DNA of 64,000 nt from Anthoceros angustus (taxonomy: Eukaryota > Plantae > Anthocerotophyta): assembly GCA_010909165.1 (NCBI GenBank), contig VJWM01000173.1:310001-374000 (forward strand), in the 5' to 3' direction. The notes beneath the pieces were generated by a model. That model worked only from the letters and a program-made list of their open reading frames with translations, did no database searches and was not told the origin of the DNA. The position numbers and the translations under genes were made by a program. Shown here one piece after another: positions 10,361 through 22,622 of this stretch (position 1 is the stretch's first letter; each line of letters begins with the position of its first letter).

Positions 10361-13300
10361 ATGGGCAGCTCGCGGACAGAATTGGAGACTTTCACCTCTG
10401 AAATGGAGACGGAGGGCAGTCTTGGGAAGCGCAAGAGGGATGATAGTACCCATCCCACTGTTCTGGACCCTCTGAAGCGGGAGAAGCGTCATCAGCGCTC
10501 AGAGAGTAGGAAAAAGAAGCCAAGGTCTGAAGTCAAGGTGACGAGAAAGGAGGGCGGGCACGGGATTGATCTTGAGGAAGAGACGAAGCAGCTCGTCCCG
10601 TTAGACGCGGACTCTATTGCGCGGAGGCAAGTTCAGTGTAATCTTGTGAGCTGCAAGGAAGGTGAAATGGGGGGCTGACTGCAATTGCGTCGTGCCGGCT
10701 GCTGCAGGTATCAGCTAGAAATTTTGGAGATAGCCAAGAAACGCAATGTCATAGCCTACCTTGAGACAGGATGTGGGAAGACTCTCATTGCTGTGTTGTT
10801 GATAAAGGCTTTGGCACCTCGGCTGCGAGACCCGTTAAACAAGCGTATCGCAGTGTTCATTGTCCCCAAGGTTCTCTTGGCTGTTCAGGTAGCTACTCTC
10901 TTCCTTCCGCCGCAGCTCAGGCATGGACTCCATGTTTGTGGTGAGCTCATGTTGTTGGCTTGCAGCAACTGGGGGTTATCAGAGTTCATACGAGCTTGAG
11001 AGCAGAAGCCTACTATGGCGACAAGGGTGTTGATGGCTTTAGTCTGGATGACTGGAGGAAAGAGATCGAGACCCATGATGTACGCACATAATTTACTGGA
11101 GCAACCTTGCTGTGCTGGCCTTCTCTAGTGGCTTTATCTGAGTGTGTTCCCGTGTTCAGGTTTTGGTCATGACTCCCCAGGTGTTCTTAGATGCCTTGAA
11201 CGCGGCAAAGATTAAATTGGATATTGTTGAAGTTCTGATACTAGATGAGTGTCATCATGCAAAGGGCAAGAATCCGTATGCAAAGATAATGGAGGTAAAC
11301 ACCAAAATAATCGAAGTGTAAACACCTTGAATGTGCTTTGATTCAGAGACCGGAGGGTGATGGAGTTTCTTGCAGGAGCATTACCGTGCATCCCACTATA
11401 AACCGAAAGTCTTTGGAATGACAGCTTCTCCAGTTTCTCGAGGTAGGTCACTGGTGAAAGGGTCGTCAGATCTTCACTTATGCCTTCACCTTGGTAGTAC
11501 AAATCTAATGCTCTAAGGTGTTTCAGGGGTTAATGACATGCAGGACTGTGAGGTGAAAATAAAGGAGCTGGAACAGATGCTGGACGCCCAGGTCCTGTAC
11601 ACTCCTTATCCTTGACACGAGATGCATTTGTATAACTGATGAGCACCCTTCCCACTGAAGGCGTTTTGGCTGGAGTTTGCAGGTTTGCACACCAAAAGAC
11701 CGCCTAGGAGTGGAATCTTTTGCTCCGTCCCCGAACGAAATCGGGTACTATTATGAGGGTCCTGGCAGCGATCCTGACCCAAGACTTTCCGCCTTGGAGG
11801 AGCTGAAAGAGAGGGTAAGCATTTAAAAGTTACTGCCAGCGCTTTCTAAGGTGTCCTATGCTATGTCTCTGGACACATGTGAAGGGTAATTGTCCCTGCT
11901 TCCAGTACGCAGTGCTCAGTGTAGAAGAGTCCGGAGCATCAAATCACAGTGGAGAATATGAAGACGAGAAGATAGCTTCAAAAAGGCTCAAGAGCCACAT
12001 CTCCAGGCTCTGCGGATCTATTTTACATTGTGTTAAGGATTTGGGATACTGGTGTGCCATAATGGTATGTTTGTCTGCTTCAGCAAATGCAACTCATCCT
12101 GGTACAGCCCTGATATAAACTTGATGCTCTTTAGGTGGTGTCAAAGTTGTTGAAAGACAATGCACCTCCTATGACATTTGCGTGTTTGGATTGCGAATTC
12201 ACAAACTACATCATCAAACAACAAAAGGGGTTCCTTGCAGAGGCCCTCAAGCTTCTCCAATCTATCGTTGTACCAGGTGAAAGGCTGTGTTGCTTTGCCA
12301 GCTCTTCTTGGAGGCCTTACGTGTTAAACTTTGTCTCAAGCACCCCGATTGGAACTCCTTCAGGTGAACCTGGACAGGAACTGGTGAATAATCTTGTGAC
12401 CCCAAAGGTGCAGCTGCTTGTTAAGGTTCTGAAGGGTTACAGGTCGGTAACTCATCAGATCGAAAATTTGGGGATAGATTTCTCTATTCAAGAGATGATG
12501 GCATCCCTGTGCAACCTTCTCATGTCTCTGCATCTACCTCTTATGTCACAGGGACAGAGCAGATCTTCGGTGCATTGTGTTCGTTGATAGGGTTATTGAC
12601 ACTATTGGACTGTCCGAATTAGTCAATGCACTGAGTAGACTGGGTTCCCTCTCTTTTCTTCGGTGTGAATTTCTGACTGGTAATAGCGGTTCACATGTGG
12701 ATACTAGCACCAGCAAGCAACAGTCTGTCATAGCGGCCTTTCGGCTAGGCAAGGTTATTATCTGCATCTTCCTTTGATGAGTAATCTCAGACGATTCTGA
12801 AGCCTCACCCTCTAGTCTTCTGGCCCATTTCTGAGTTTTTGCTCTCTCTGAAGCAGGTGAATATCATAATTGCCACTGATGTTGCAGAGGAAGGCCTCGA
12901 TGTTCAAAGCTGCAATACAGTAATAAGGTTCGACCTGCCAAAGACGCCAATCAGCTACATTCAGTCTCGTGGACGTGCTCGTCAGCCAGGATCTGATTAT
13001 GTAGTTCTTCTAGATAGGTAAGAGAAACATGTGTAACTAATCAAGGACATACTTGATAATTCCAGAATTGTCTGTCATCTATGTATGCCCTTCTGGCCTG
13101 ACAGGAGGGCAGGACAGCTGGGGGATCTTCTCACGATGAAAGCCAAGGAGGGAAATATGAAGGCACTGTCCCTTGAGCGTGAAGGTCAGGCTCCCGACCC
13201 GACTCCATGCCCTTCAGATGCTGTCCTTCCAGAGTTTTACAAGGTGGAAACCACTGGGGCCATTGTCAATACCAGCTCCAGCGTAGCTGTTGTTTATCAG

Positions 13301-16300
13301 TACTGCTCCAAGCTACCTAAAGATCGGTATGTGGATGACTGCACATTCCAACTGATGGTTCCTAGGCTGTCCTTATGCTTTGCTTCTTCAATCCACTGGG
13401 CTATTGTCAGTACAAAGTGAAGCATAGCTCTTGTTCTTCAGTACTGCAGCAAGTTTCTAAACCAGATCAGTAGCGGATAACTTCACATTCCAAGTGATGG
13501 TTCCTAGGCTGTCCGTATGTTTTTCCTCTTCATTACAACTTCCATCTCTTGGTTCTGTTCAGATTTTACTTTCCAAGGCCAGACTTCAGCTTTTCTATGG
13601 CTGCATACAATCAACGCATTTGCACCCTCAAGCTACCTGCAAATGCATTGATTCATGAGGAAGTGGGCCCCCCGAGGAATAGTGCTGCTTTGGCAAAGCA
13701 GGTGGTTTGTCTGAAGGCCTGTGAAAAGCTGCACAAGTTGGGAGGCCTAAATGACCACTTGCGACCAGTCACAGATGCAGGGCCAGATAGCAACTTTGTG
13801 GACACGGGTGGCAATCAACCAAAGGGGAGAGGTACTTTGTAGCTCAATGTTGTGTGATCCAATTCTTTGATGACTCATGTCTCACTGACAATGCTTACTG
13901 TGTCGCAGGCATTACGAAGCAGAAAGAGCTCCATGCAACAATTTCAACCAAAGGCTTGGAAGGTTGTTGGGGCAACAGTAAGCATGGAGCTTCACTGTAT
14001 GCTTATATCATGACATTCACACCAACATTCTGTGAGGGGAAGGAGTTTGGTAATTTCGTCCTTCTGTTGGAGTCTGAGCTGGAAAATGATGCAGCTGAAC
14101 TAGTAGTCAAGCTGACCTTAAAAGTGGGCCAGATGGTGAACGCCACCTTGATTCCGGCCTCAAAAGTAGAGCTGGATGTAAATGAGGTGAGTTTATCACT
14201 GTTTTTTCGCTTGCAACCTTCTTGTGGAGAGTGCTGGAATGACTGGTTTCCAAATCGTATCCCCTGACAGCTCGCAGATGCTAAGAAGTTTCAGGAGGTA
14301 TTTTTCAATGGCATGTTTGCCAGACTAGTGGCCCGTTCACCAAAACAGGCTGGCTTTTCATCTTGGAAGGTTGATGACCTTTGTTTTTCCAGAGAAAGTC
14401 TGGACAAGCTGTGGGAACAGTCGAGGATGTACTTGCTGCTACCCTTGGCAAAAGTATCCAAGGAAATTGGATCAGCTGTGACAAAGGGATTACAGGCACA
14501 AATCAACTGGGAGTATGTGCGAAAAGGGGCTCATGTGGCAAAGTTTCTTGCTCATGAGAATGAAGTTGATGGCTTCTCCTCAAGTGACATTAGAAGCCTA
14601 AAGGATGAGAATGGGGAACAGGAACCAACGAAATCAAGTTCCAATGCCTCCGTACAGCTTGCTGATGGTGTGGTTAGCCTTGATCAGATCCTGGATACTG
14701 CTGTAGTCACTCGTCACACTGGCCGGATTTATTTTGTGACCAAACTCCTTGAGGGAACTAATGCCCTCACTGCATTTCCTACAAACAAGGGGCAGGAGCA
14801 TGTGGCGGAAAGCTCTGGACCGGTTCCACAGAAAACCTACGAAGATTACTTCAAAGAGAAGTATGTTTTGGCATTGCTGCCTTTATATGAGAGATGGCAT
14901 GTGCAAATTGCTGTACTTTTGTTACTGTTGCAATTCTGAAGGTCGTCATTGTGTCAGGTATGGTGAGACATTGAAACATGGCCATCAAGCATTCTTGCAA
15001 ACAAAGCATTCGCACCGTGTGCGTAACCTGCTCATACGCTCAGAGCAACTAGGTATGTGCTGGGGGCTGTCTATTTGTGCATAGGCTTCTGCTGTTACAT
15101 GATCATCAAGCTGATTGTCACTAACACCTGCATGTTGTGGGCAGTTGACGTGAGGAATGTGGGGAAGAAGGAACATAGATTTGCAAATATTGCCCCTGAG
15201 CTCTGCATATCTACAGGGCTACCACTTTCAATCTTCCATACATCATACTTAATCCCTTCAGTGATGCATTATCTTGAGGCACTCTTGAAGGCTAGCCAGT
15301 TGAGAAGGACAATATCATCAGCAATCTCTGATTGCCCAGGCATCCCATTAGCACGGGTACGTGAATGCACTAAGCCTGTGATGAGCAGGTCAAGTGCAAT
15401 GTTGTCTGATGTAAGTTCTTGTGCCTCTGCAGATTGTGGAGGCCCTGACAACCTCCAGGTGTCTTGAAGACTCATCGCTAGAGAGGTTGGAGCTGTTGGG
15501 CGATTCTTTTCTAAAGTATGCAGTCAGTCGATGTTTGTTCTTGGTATTTCAAAGTAAGCACGAAGGGCAGCTTTCAGCCAGACGAAGTCGAGCCATTTCC
15601 AACAGCAACCTGTATAAGCTTGCTGTTGCACGTCAATTACCTGTAAGGTTTTACTGCACACCCCGACTGTCCAAATGCTTTTGGACCCTATTGTTTCATA
15701 TCAATCATACAAGGATACCATTTTGCAGGCTTATATTCGGGATGAGGTTTTTGACCCAAATCGTTGGCTTGCTCCTGGCATGAGGAGAAAGTTTGAGGAG
15801 CTCTGCCATTGTGACCTTGCAGAGCTTCACGTCCCTGAGACTGGAGCAAAGTCTTCGGCAGACTCGTCCTGTGGTTTCCAGCACGGTGGCCTGAAATCGT
15901 TTAGGAAAGTTGGTAAAAGCTGTGTTGATGGTCATCGGTGGCTGTGTCTCAAGACCATGGCAGATGTTGTAGAGTCATTGATTGGGGCATATTATTTGTA
16001 TGGTGGTGAAACTGCTGCATTGCGTTTCATGAGTTGGGTTGGAATTGAAGTGGAATACGAGGACTGCCTAGTAGATGGGCTGCAGAAGCAAGCGTCAGTG
16101 AAACCAGAAGTGATTGAAAGTGCTGATTTAGCTCCTTTGGAGGCTCGCCTCGGGTACACTTTCAACAACAAAGCGCTTCTTGTGGAGGCAATAACTCATG
16201 CATCGCAGCAAGATGGAGTGGGCAGCCGCTGCTATCAGGTCAGCAACCAAAGTGGCAGTGGATTGATGACTGTAATCACTTTTTGTTGCAACTTCTGGTC

Positions 16301-18015
16301 TGACTGATGTTGGGTTGCCACTGAGTTGGAGTTGTGGTGGCTTTATGGACATTCTGAAGCGGATGGAGTTCCTAGGAGATGCGGTGCTAGATTTTGCGAT
16401 AACGAAGCAGCTTTTCACAGCTTACCCGGATCTGGCTCCCGGGCAGCTGACAGACCTTCGATCAGCTGCTGTTAACAATGGCTGTTTCGCCCGAGTTGCT
16501 GTCAAACATAACCTGCAGCACCACCTTCGGCATGCGTCAAGGGCACTTTTAAGCCAGATAGAGCAATTTGTATGGAGTATAAGTCAAGAAGGTTCTCATG
16601 CTAGAGAGCGTGTATGTGGATGGGAAAAGGAGAGCGGACCTAAGGTATCCTTCCCCTAGCTGCTAAGTCTTGTAGCAGTAAGCCAGGCTTTTGATGTCGA
16701 CATACTGATCTCTTGTTCATGGTAGGTCCTTGGAGACATGGTGGAGAGTATAGCTGGGGCAATAGCTCTTGACACTGGATTTGATCTGGACAGAACATGG
16801 GATGTCATGGAAAAGTTGCTCTCTCCGCTTGTTACACCAGCAACTCTCACTGTTCATCCTGTTAGGGAGTTACTACAGCTGTGCCAGACCCAAGGATTTT
16901 CCGTGCACACAGAAGTAGGTGGTCATGAGGACATGTTCACCGCCTCAGTGAAAATCTCTGATGGCGAAAGGACACTCACAGCTTCATCGACGACAACGAG
17001 TAGAAAGGCTGCTCGCAAGGATGTTTCACAGAAGCTACTGCGAAAGTTGCAGGTCGGATATTTCATGTGCCTCCTGCTCGTTGCTTTTTTTCATTTGCTC
17101 TTTGCAGCTGTATGGATCTGTAGCACACTAACAATATTGTTTGCTTAAAGCAGAAATATAGGCATCAAACAGGGAAGCTTTCCAATCCGAAGGACTGCCC
17201 GTTCCCTTCAGATTCAGGGTCAGAAGAGAACGCAGGAGAGCAATGCCCCACTGCTGATTCCGGTTCATCTCATAGGCACACAGAATTGCTAGTATCTCTG
17301 AATCAGGAGCTTTTGACCACGGACGAAACTCTGGTCCCAGTTGAGATACGTCGTGAGGAGGGTGCGACGAATGCTGATGAATGGGTGTCCATTGACAAGG
17401 ATCTTCACTTGGATGGAGATCAGGCACCTATTATGAAGAGGAAACTGGACTTTGGAGACAGCACTGATTCTGCTTCCGGTCTGGCCAACAAGAGGATTAA
17501 GCTATCAGCAGGCGATCATCAGCCGGTGCAGACCCATGCTGACATCAGCACGGCCAGTGCAGGTCTGGATGTGTGACCCAGTGGATCTATCATCTTCCAG
17601 TGAGCAAAGAACGAGGTTGAAAACTTATGGTTTTGATAGATTGCACTCTTTGCAGGTGAGAAACTACTAACAACTGCTTTGGACTCCGGACGAGCCAAGT
17701 CAGCTCTTCATGAGCTATGTGCCAAGAATAGGTGGCGTGGTCCGTCCTTCGCGGTCTTCAAGGAGTCAGGCCCTGCGCACCTTAAAAGGTATTGGGGCCT
17801 GCCTCTGTCTGCACTCACTCGATGGGCTTGATGCTGCTGCCACCAGGAAACCTGATATCTGTGTACTTACGTGCAGATTCCAATGCTCCGTCACGGTTGA
17901 TGTGCCTGGCGGTGGACCAACCGTTTGCTTAGGGACGGAAATGTCGGGCAAGAAAAAGGCTGAGCATTCTGCAGCATTTGAAATGCTCCAGAAGTTGAAG
18001 GTGGGCAGCCTGTAA
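10361..18015 (+). CDS. Dicer-like endoribonuclease (DExD helicase, Helicase-C, DUF283, platform/PAZ, RNase IIIa, RNase IIIb, 2 dsRBD); DCL3-like
   Basis: Motifs include [53 protein letters not shown]283 ([20 protein letters not shown]), [48 protein letters not shown] and PK|[12 protein letters not shown]. The dsRBDs read [11 protein letters not shown] and [16 protein letters not shown]|RF. The start may be 10361 or 10403, and the clade call is tentative. Confidence 0.95.
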
Positions 18016-20100
18016 CCCTAACGTTCTTGGACGGTGCTCCTTTTATCACTGCAGTCTAGCACCTGCAGAAGGAGGGGGACAAGGGCGAGGGAGAGGGAGG
18101 AGGGAACTGGAGGGGGCGGTGGGGGGTCTAAGGCCACTGGCATGTAGCCGTTTGATGCGCTTGTGCTGTATCAGTATTTTGACCACCAGACGTTCGCCCT
18201 GGCTCAAGGAGCTGTGGGGAAAACGAAACTGAAGACACTGCAAACCCGCTGATGCAGCATGAGCTCGAGGTGGAACAGGGGGCTGAGGACGCGAAGAAGG
18301 TACTCCCGAACCTTCATGCGATCCATGCTAAGGCCTCAGTCAACCTGAGGCGATATCATGACGTCACCCTGATCACCTGCAGCATGCCTCGCTACTCGTT
18401 GATTAAATGGCAAAATTGCAGAATTTGCACTCGGAGGCGCCTGTTTCACCAGAAGTGTGTCTGTGGCCACCACTACACTGAAAACTGTCATAATCCAGGA
18501 ACTGTGGATTTGATAGAAAACAAGGTGCAGCTTGCATCTGCCAGCTGAAACCTCACGGTGGCGAGTGCCCTTAGATCGCAAAGGATTGAGTCTCACGTAC
18601 AAGATCTCGATTCCAGGTCCAGTTTTCGTTCGTGGATTCGGATGCCTTGTCATCGTGAATGAGGCTTCGGGAATGGCTGTCCTCATTCCTGTTTGTATAG
18701 TTTCAAGATCCGCGCGGAACCACTCTAACAGCATCTCGCACGTTTTGGGAACGTGTTTCTACCTGTAACCGTATATCTATTATTTATCCTAAGGATTAAT
18801 CTGGTATTTATAATGTATAAATATTATCTAAGGTATATTACTAAGATAGGAATTTCGTAAACGGAAAGAGAACGGGTTGTCGTCCGTCTTCATGTTGGAT
18901 GGCTGCACGTCCACAAGCCGGGCTCCTGCCTGGTTTAGGTCTCTTCTTTGGTCTTCATGTATGCATACTCTGTATATCGTAACACTGAAAATGATAGATG
19001 AGTTATAGGAAGTTAATTTGTTCAATATAAGAACTAAGGGAGTGGAGTATGAGGTCTGCAATTCAATTTAAAATCTATTTAAGAAAAATAATCTTTTTAA
19101 ATGATTAAAATAACATTAAATTATGATTAGCATACAATTTGTGATGCATACAATTAATTGATGTCAGTAAACAGTTAACAATTAAACTAAACAACTAATT
19201 CAACTAAACATGAGGATTAGGGTAGCAAATTATTATGTACTCTTATTAATATGATTTCACATGAGAAACTAGCACGAGCCATCATATATCTTCATTCGTA
19301 TATACGGATACCAAAATCACGTTGGTAGTTTTGTGTTCAAGGACTTTCACTCAGGGACTTTGCTGCACCCTTCACAGGGATGACATTTGGATGTTGACAC
19401 ACATGAGCAATGTATAGCGACTGTTGGATGTGGTTGTAAGTACTGCAACCCTTGGTTGTTAGTGGCTGTACACAAAAGCTTTGAGAAGGAACATTCATGC
19501 AGGTTTCAAATTTAAAGCCACTGGCATTCAATGGGTTGTTCGATGCACTCGCCCCGTATCATATTTTTTACTTGCAGTAGCTTGTCTTCACTCCCTTGCA
19601 ATATAGGGCTGCAACCTTCAACAACTGCCTTAGGTAGAGGAGATAGCCTGCTGAGATGGAGACCCAACATGTTTTCAGGAAGAAGAATGAAGAGCCAACA
19701 TGAGTGAATTATCATGCTTGCATTACAATTAGAAGTAACATGCTTTCTAAGACAATGTTATCTTTTCTAAGTTATTTTATTAAAAAACTAAGTTGCTTAG
19801 GATTTAACACACAATTTATGGTATGCATAATTAAGTGAAATGAATAAAGAGTTATTGTTTAACTTCCATCTTAAAACTAAGGATTAAGGTCATTATTTAT
19901 TAATTAATTGATCATAAATTAAAAATAAACTAAAACAATACTGGGTACATGAGGGATAATACAGCTTCGTCCTTGCTCTTAACTTCAAGGGAAAAAAAAT
20001 ATTAAAGTGAGCAAAGTCTGCATTCAATAGTCGAGAAAAATTTATATGTTTGTACTATATATGTAATGCAACATGTCATTTAATCACCACAATTACCTAG

Positions 20101-21209
20101 CGCTGGTCTAATGTCAATATGGATGACATTATCTCTACAAAGGTTATAGATGAAATTACATCATTGCAAGAAACAATTGGTTATAATTTCCAAAATGTAC
20201 TACTTGTGCATAAAGTTTTCTACGAGCCGCAAAATCAAGAGAATATTAAGGTACATTAACTTCCTTCAATTTTTTTGCAATGTATTTTTACTATATTTTC
20301 CCCTAAATAAGGATCTATTTGATTGCAGTATCTTAAGCAATATGAGTTTATAGGGGATTTTGTGTTAAATTTTCCTCTATGAAAAATACCCAAGCGTACA
20401 TTCTGGCGTATTAAGTGATATGCGAGCAGCAGCTGTGAATAATGGCCACCTGGCTTGCGTTTGTGTCAAACAAGGTACAAGTGAGATACTTTGTGTACAT
20501 GCTATGTATACAAAAGTAGCGTTAAGCATAGCCAAACGCTATGCTTAATGCCTTCATATCTGGGATTACGATAAACTTGTTAAGGGTTTTCACTTGGCTA
20601 CGACTTGTGTGTTTGAAGGGCTTGCTGAATGCTTCCGTCATAGATTTCCGAATTATCATACATTGTGGAGAAACTAAATATTTAAGTGGAAGGAGATCAT
20701 ATACCATGGGGTACAATGAAACGACATCATGTATGTATTGTTTTTTTTCAATGTCATAATTTCAAATTGTCGAATAATGTTAAGTCCATAGATTAAGTTT
20801 TTGGGATCTTAAATGAGTTGTTACTAATCTATTTGATAAGAATATTAATATTATTATATGTGTAGATATTCGCCAACTATTATGAAAGTATTCTTGGAGC
20901 TATATATATTGACACATTCAAGTAATGAAAGCGATTATAAAACCGCTTTATTCTCGAATAGAGAAAGTCTCTCCATAGAACTTGCCACAAAATCCTGTTC
21001 GTATGGCACAAGAATTATGTCACCGGAAAGGTCTCGCATGGGAAGTAGACTACAAACTTTTAGACCATGGAACCACCAAGGCTATAGGAAGGGTGGTGGT
21101 CATTGCGAAGGGATGTCGACAAATTATAATGATCTACGAGACCAACCCACTTGTTGGTAAGAAAATAGCAAGGATAAATCTCGCACAAACCTTGCTACCA
21201 CAATTACAG
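20101..21209 (+). pseudogene. RNase III + dsRBD module 1 (DCL RNase IIIb/dsRBD1-like), disrupted
   Basis: Exons: 20101-20250 (SLQETIGYNFQNVLLV), 20329-20474 (YEFIGDFVLNF, frameshift, LSDMRAAAVNNGHLACV), 20619-~20730 (GLAECF..IPWGTMKRHH) and 20866-21209 (IFANYYESILGAI..NPVRMAQELCHRKG..KKIARINLAQTLLPQLQ). There are at least two frameshifts and an in-frame TAG. Confidence 0.8.
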
Positions 21210-21619
21210 GTACTTGTGTTGTACTTAATTTGCATAATAAAATTATTTTTTTATTAATTATATTAATATATGTTAATTATTATGAACAAATATTATGTTG
21301 CAGAAGTTACCTTATTTCAGGTTACCAGCTTTTGGGCAAAAAATTTCTAATATGCAGTGTAATTATTTTTAAAATTTTTCTTCTCATTCTAATTTTGGCA
21401 TGTTTTCTTGTAATATCTTCATATATATACCTAGAAATATTTTCTTTAATATTATTATGTACAAAGGAGTTAAATGTTTTTGATCTAACTTTTGAGCTAT
21501 TATGTGAACTAATATTTTCAATCTAACTTTTGAGCTATTATATGCAGTAGTAAGAGACAAAATGCAAATTGAAGCTTGAGCACAACCCAAAGATCTAAAC
21601 GAGGACGTAAAGAGACTCC

Positions 21620-22622
21620 ATGGAGGGTGTATTGAATTACAGATTTTATCATAAGGTTATTGCTCGAGATATTTATGGGCCTTCAAGTGACCCTCAAATT
21701 CAGGTTAAGGGCTTTAAGACTAATCTTATTTATTCCTATTATCAATATAGTATTATTATAAAGTTAACTTATCTTGCCTTTATGTTATAGCTTTTAGTTA
21801 GATCGTTGACGTTTAGGTAATTCATTATGTTTTTTTTCTCATAGTATTACTTATAAAATATTAACAAATCTAAGATTGCAGTACATGAAGCGCTTGGAGT
21901 TTTTGGGCAATAGTGTGCTTAGCTTTCTAGTATCCAAGCAACTGGTTCAAGTATATCCAAACGAAGATTCTGGGAAATTAATTGACTTGAGAGCAACAGC
22001 GGTAAACAATGGACACTTGGCAAATGTATGTCTAGATATGGGCATAGCACAATGTTTCAGTCACAAAATAGAGCACTACGATGGTATTGTCAACGACCAC
22101 TATGCAAGAAGGACTACAAGCATTACATGGGGAAGTCCAAAAAGGCATCAAGTAAGCTTATTTTATCATATTTGTTTCAAAAAGTTTGAACTTTTTTGTT
22201 TGGGTCCTAGATAGTGAAGCAAGACATGTTTCTTGGTTTAGATATTGGCAGACTATTTGGAAACTATCATTGGAGCAATATTTTGGGACACACAGTTTAA
22301 AGAAGAGAAAGTGCAAACGATTTTACGTCCACTTACTGAAATTATCACAAGTTGCAGAGTGCAAGACTTGGCAATGAACCCAGTTCGTCTTGTCCAGGAG
22401 GCATGTCAAGAGAAAGGTATCAACTTTGTTACAACGTATGAAAATCTGGTTGGCACTAAGTTGACGATGGCTTTGGGAGTTTTAACTGATCCAAGGAAGC
22501 CTCAAGATCTTTTATTGATGGAGAGATCAGTTCCTTCATCAAGTCGAAAGGCAGCACGTATAAATTTAGCTGAAAAGATAGAACCACATTTGCATGTAGC
22601 TGCTTGTGAATCTTTTGACTAG
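21620..22622 (+). CDS. RNase III + dsRBD module 2 (RTL-like); potentially intact 3-exon ORF of 244 aa with a catalytic D to N change
   Basis: Exons 21620-21703, 21882-22151 and 22242-22622 are joined by phase-0 GT-AG introns. The product reads MEGVLNYRFYHK..|YMKRLEFLGNSVL..LRATAVNNGHLA..|ILADYLETIIGAIF..NPVRLVQEACQ..SRKAARINLA. It may instead be part of a decayed larger gene. Confidence 0.6.

Noticed and set aside
13342-13530. ~45-bp duplication inside a DCL intron
   Set aside because: A real but ordinary local duplication with no coding effect.
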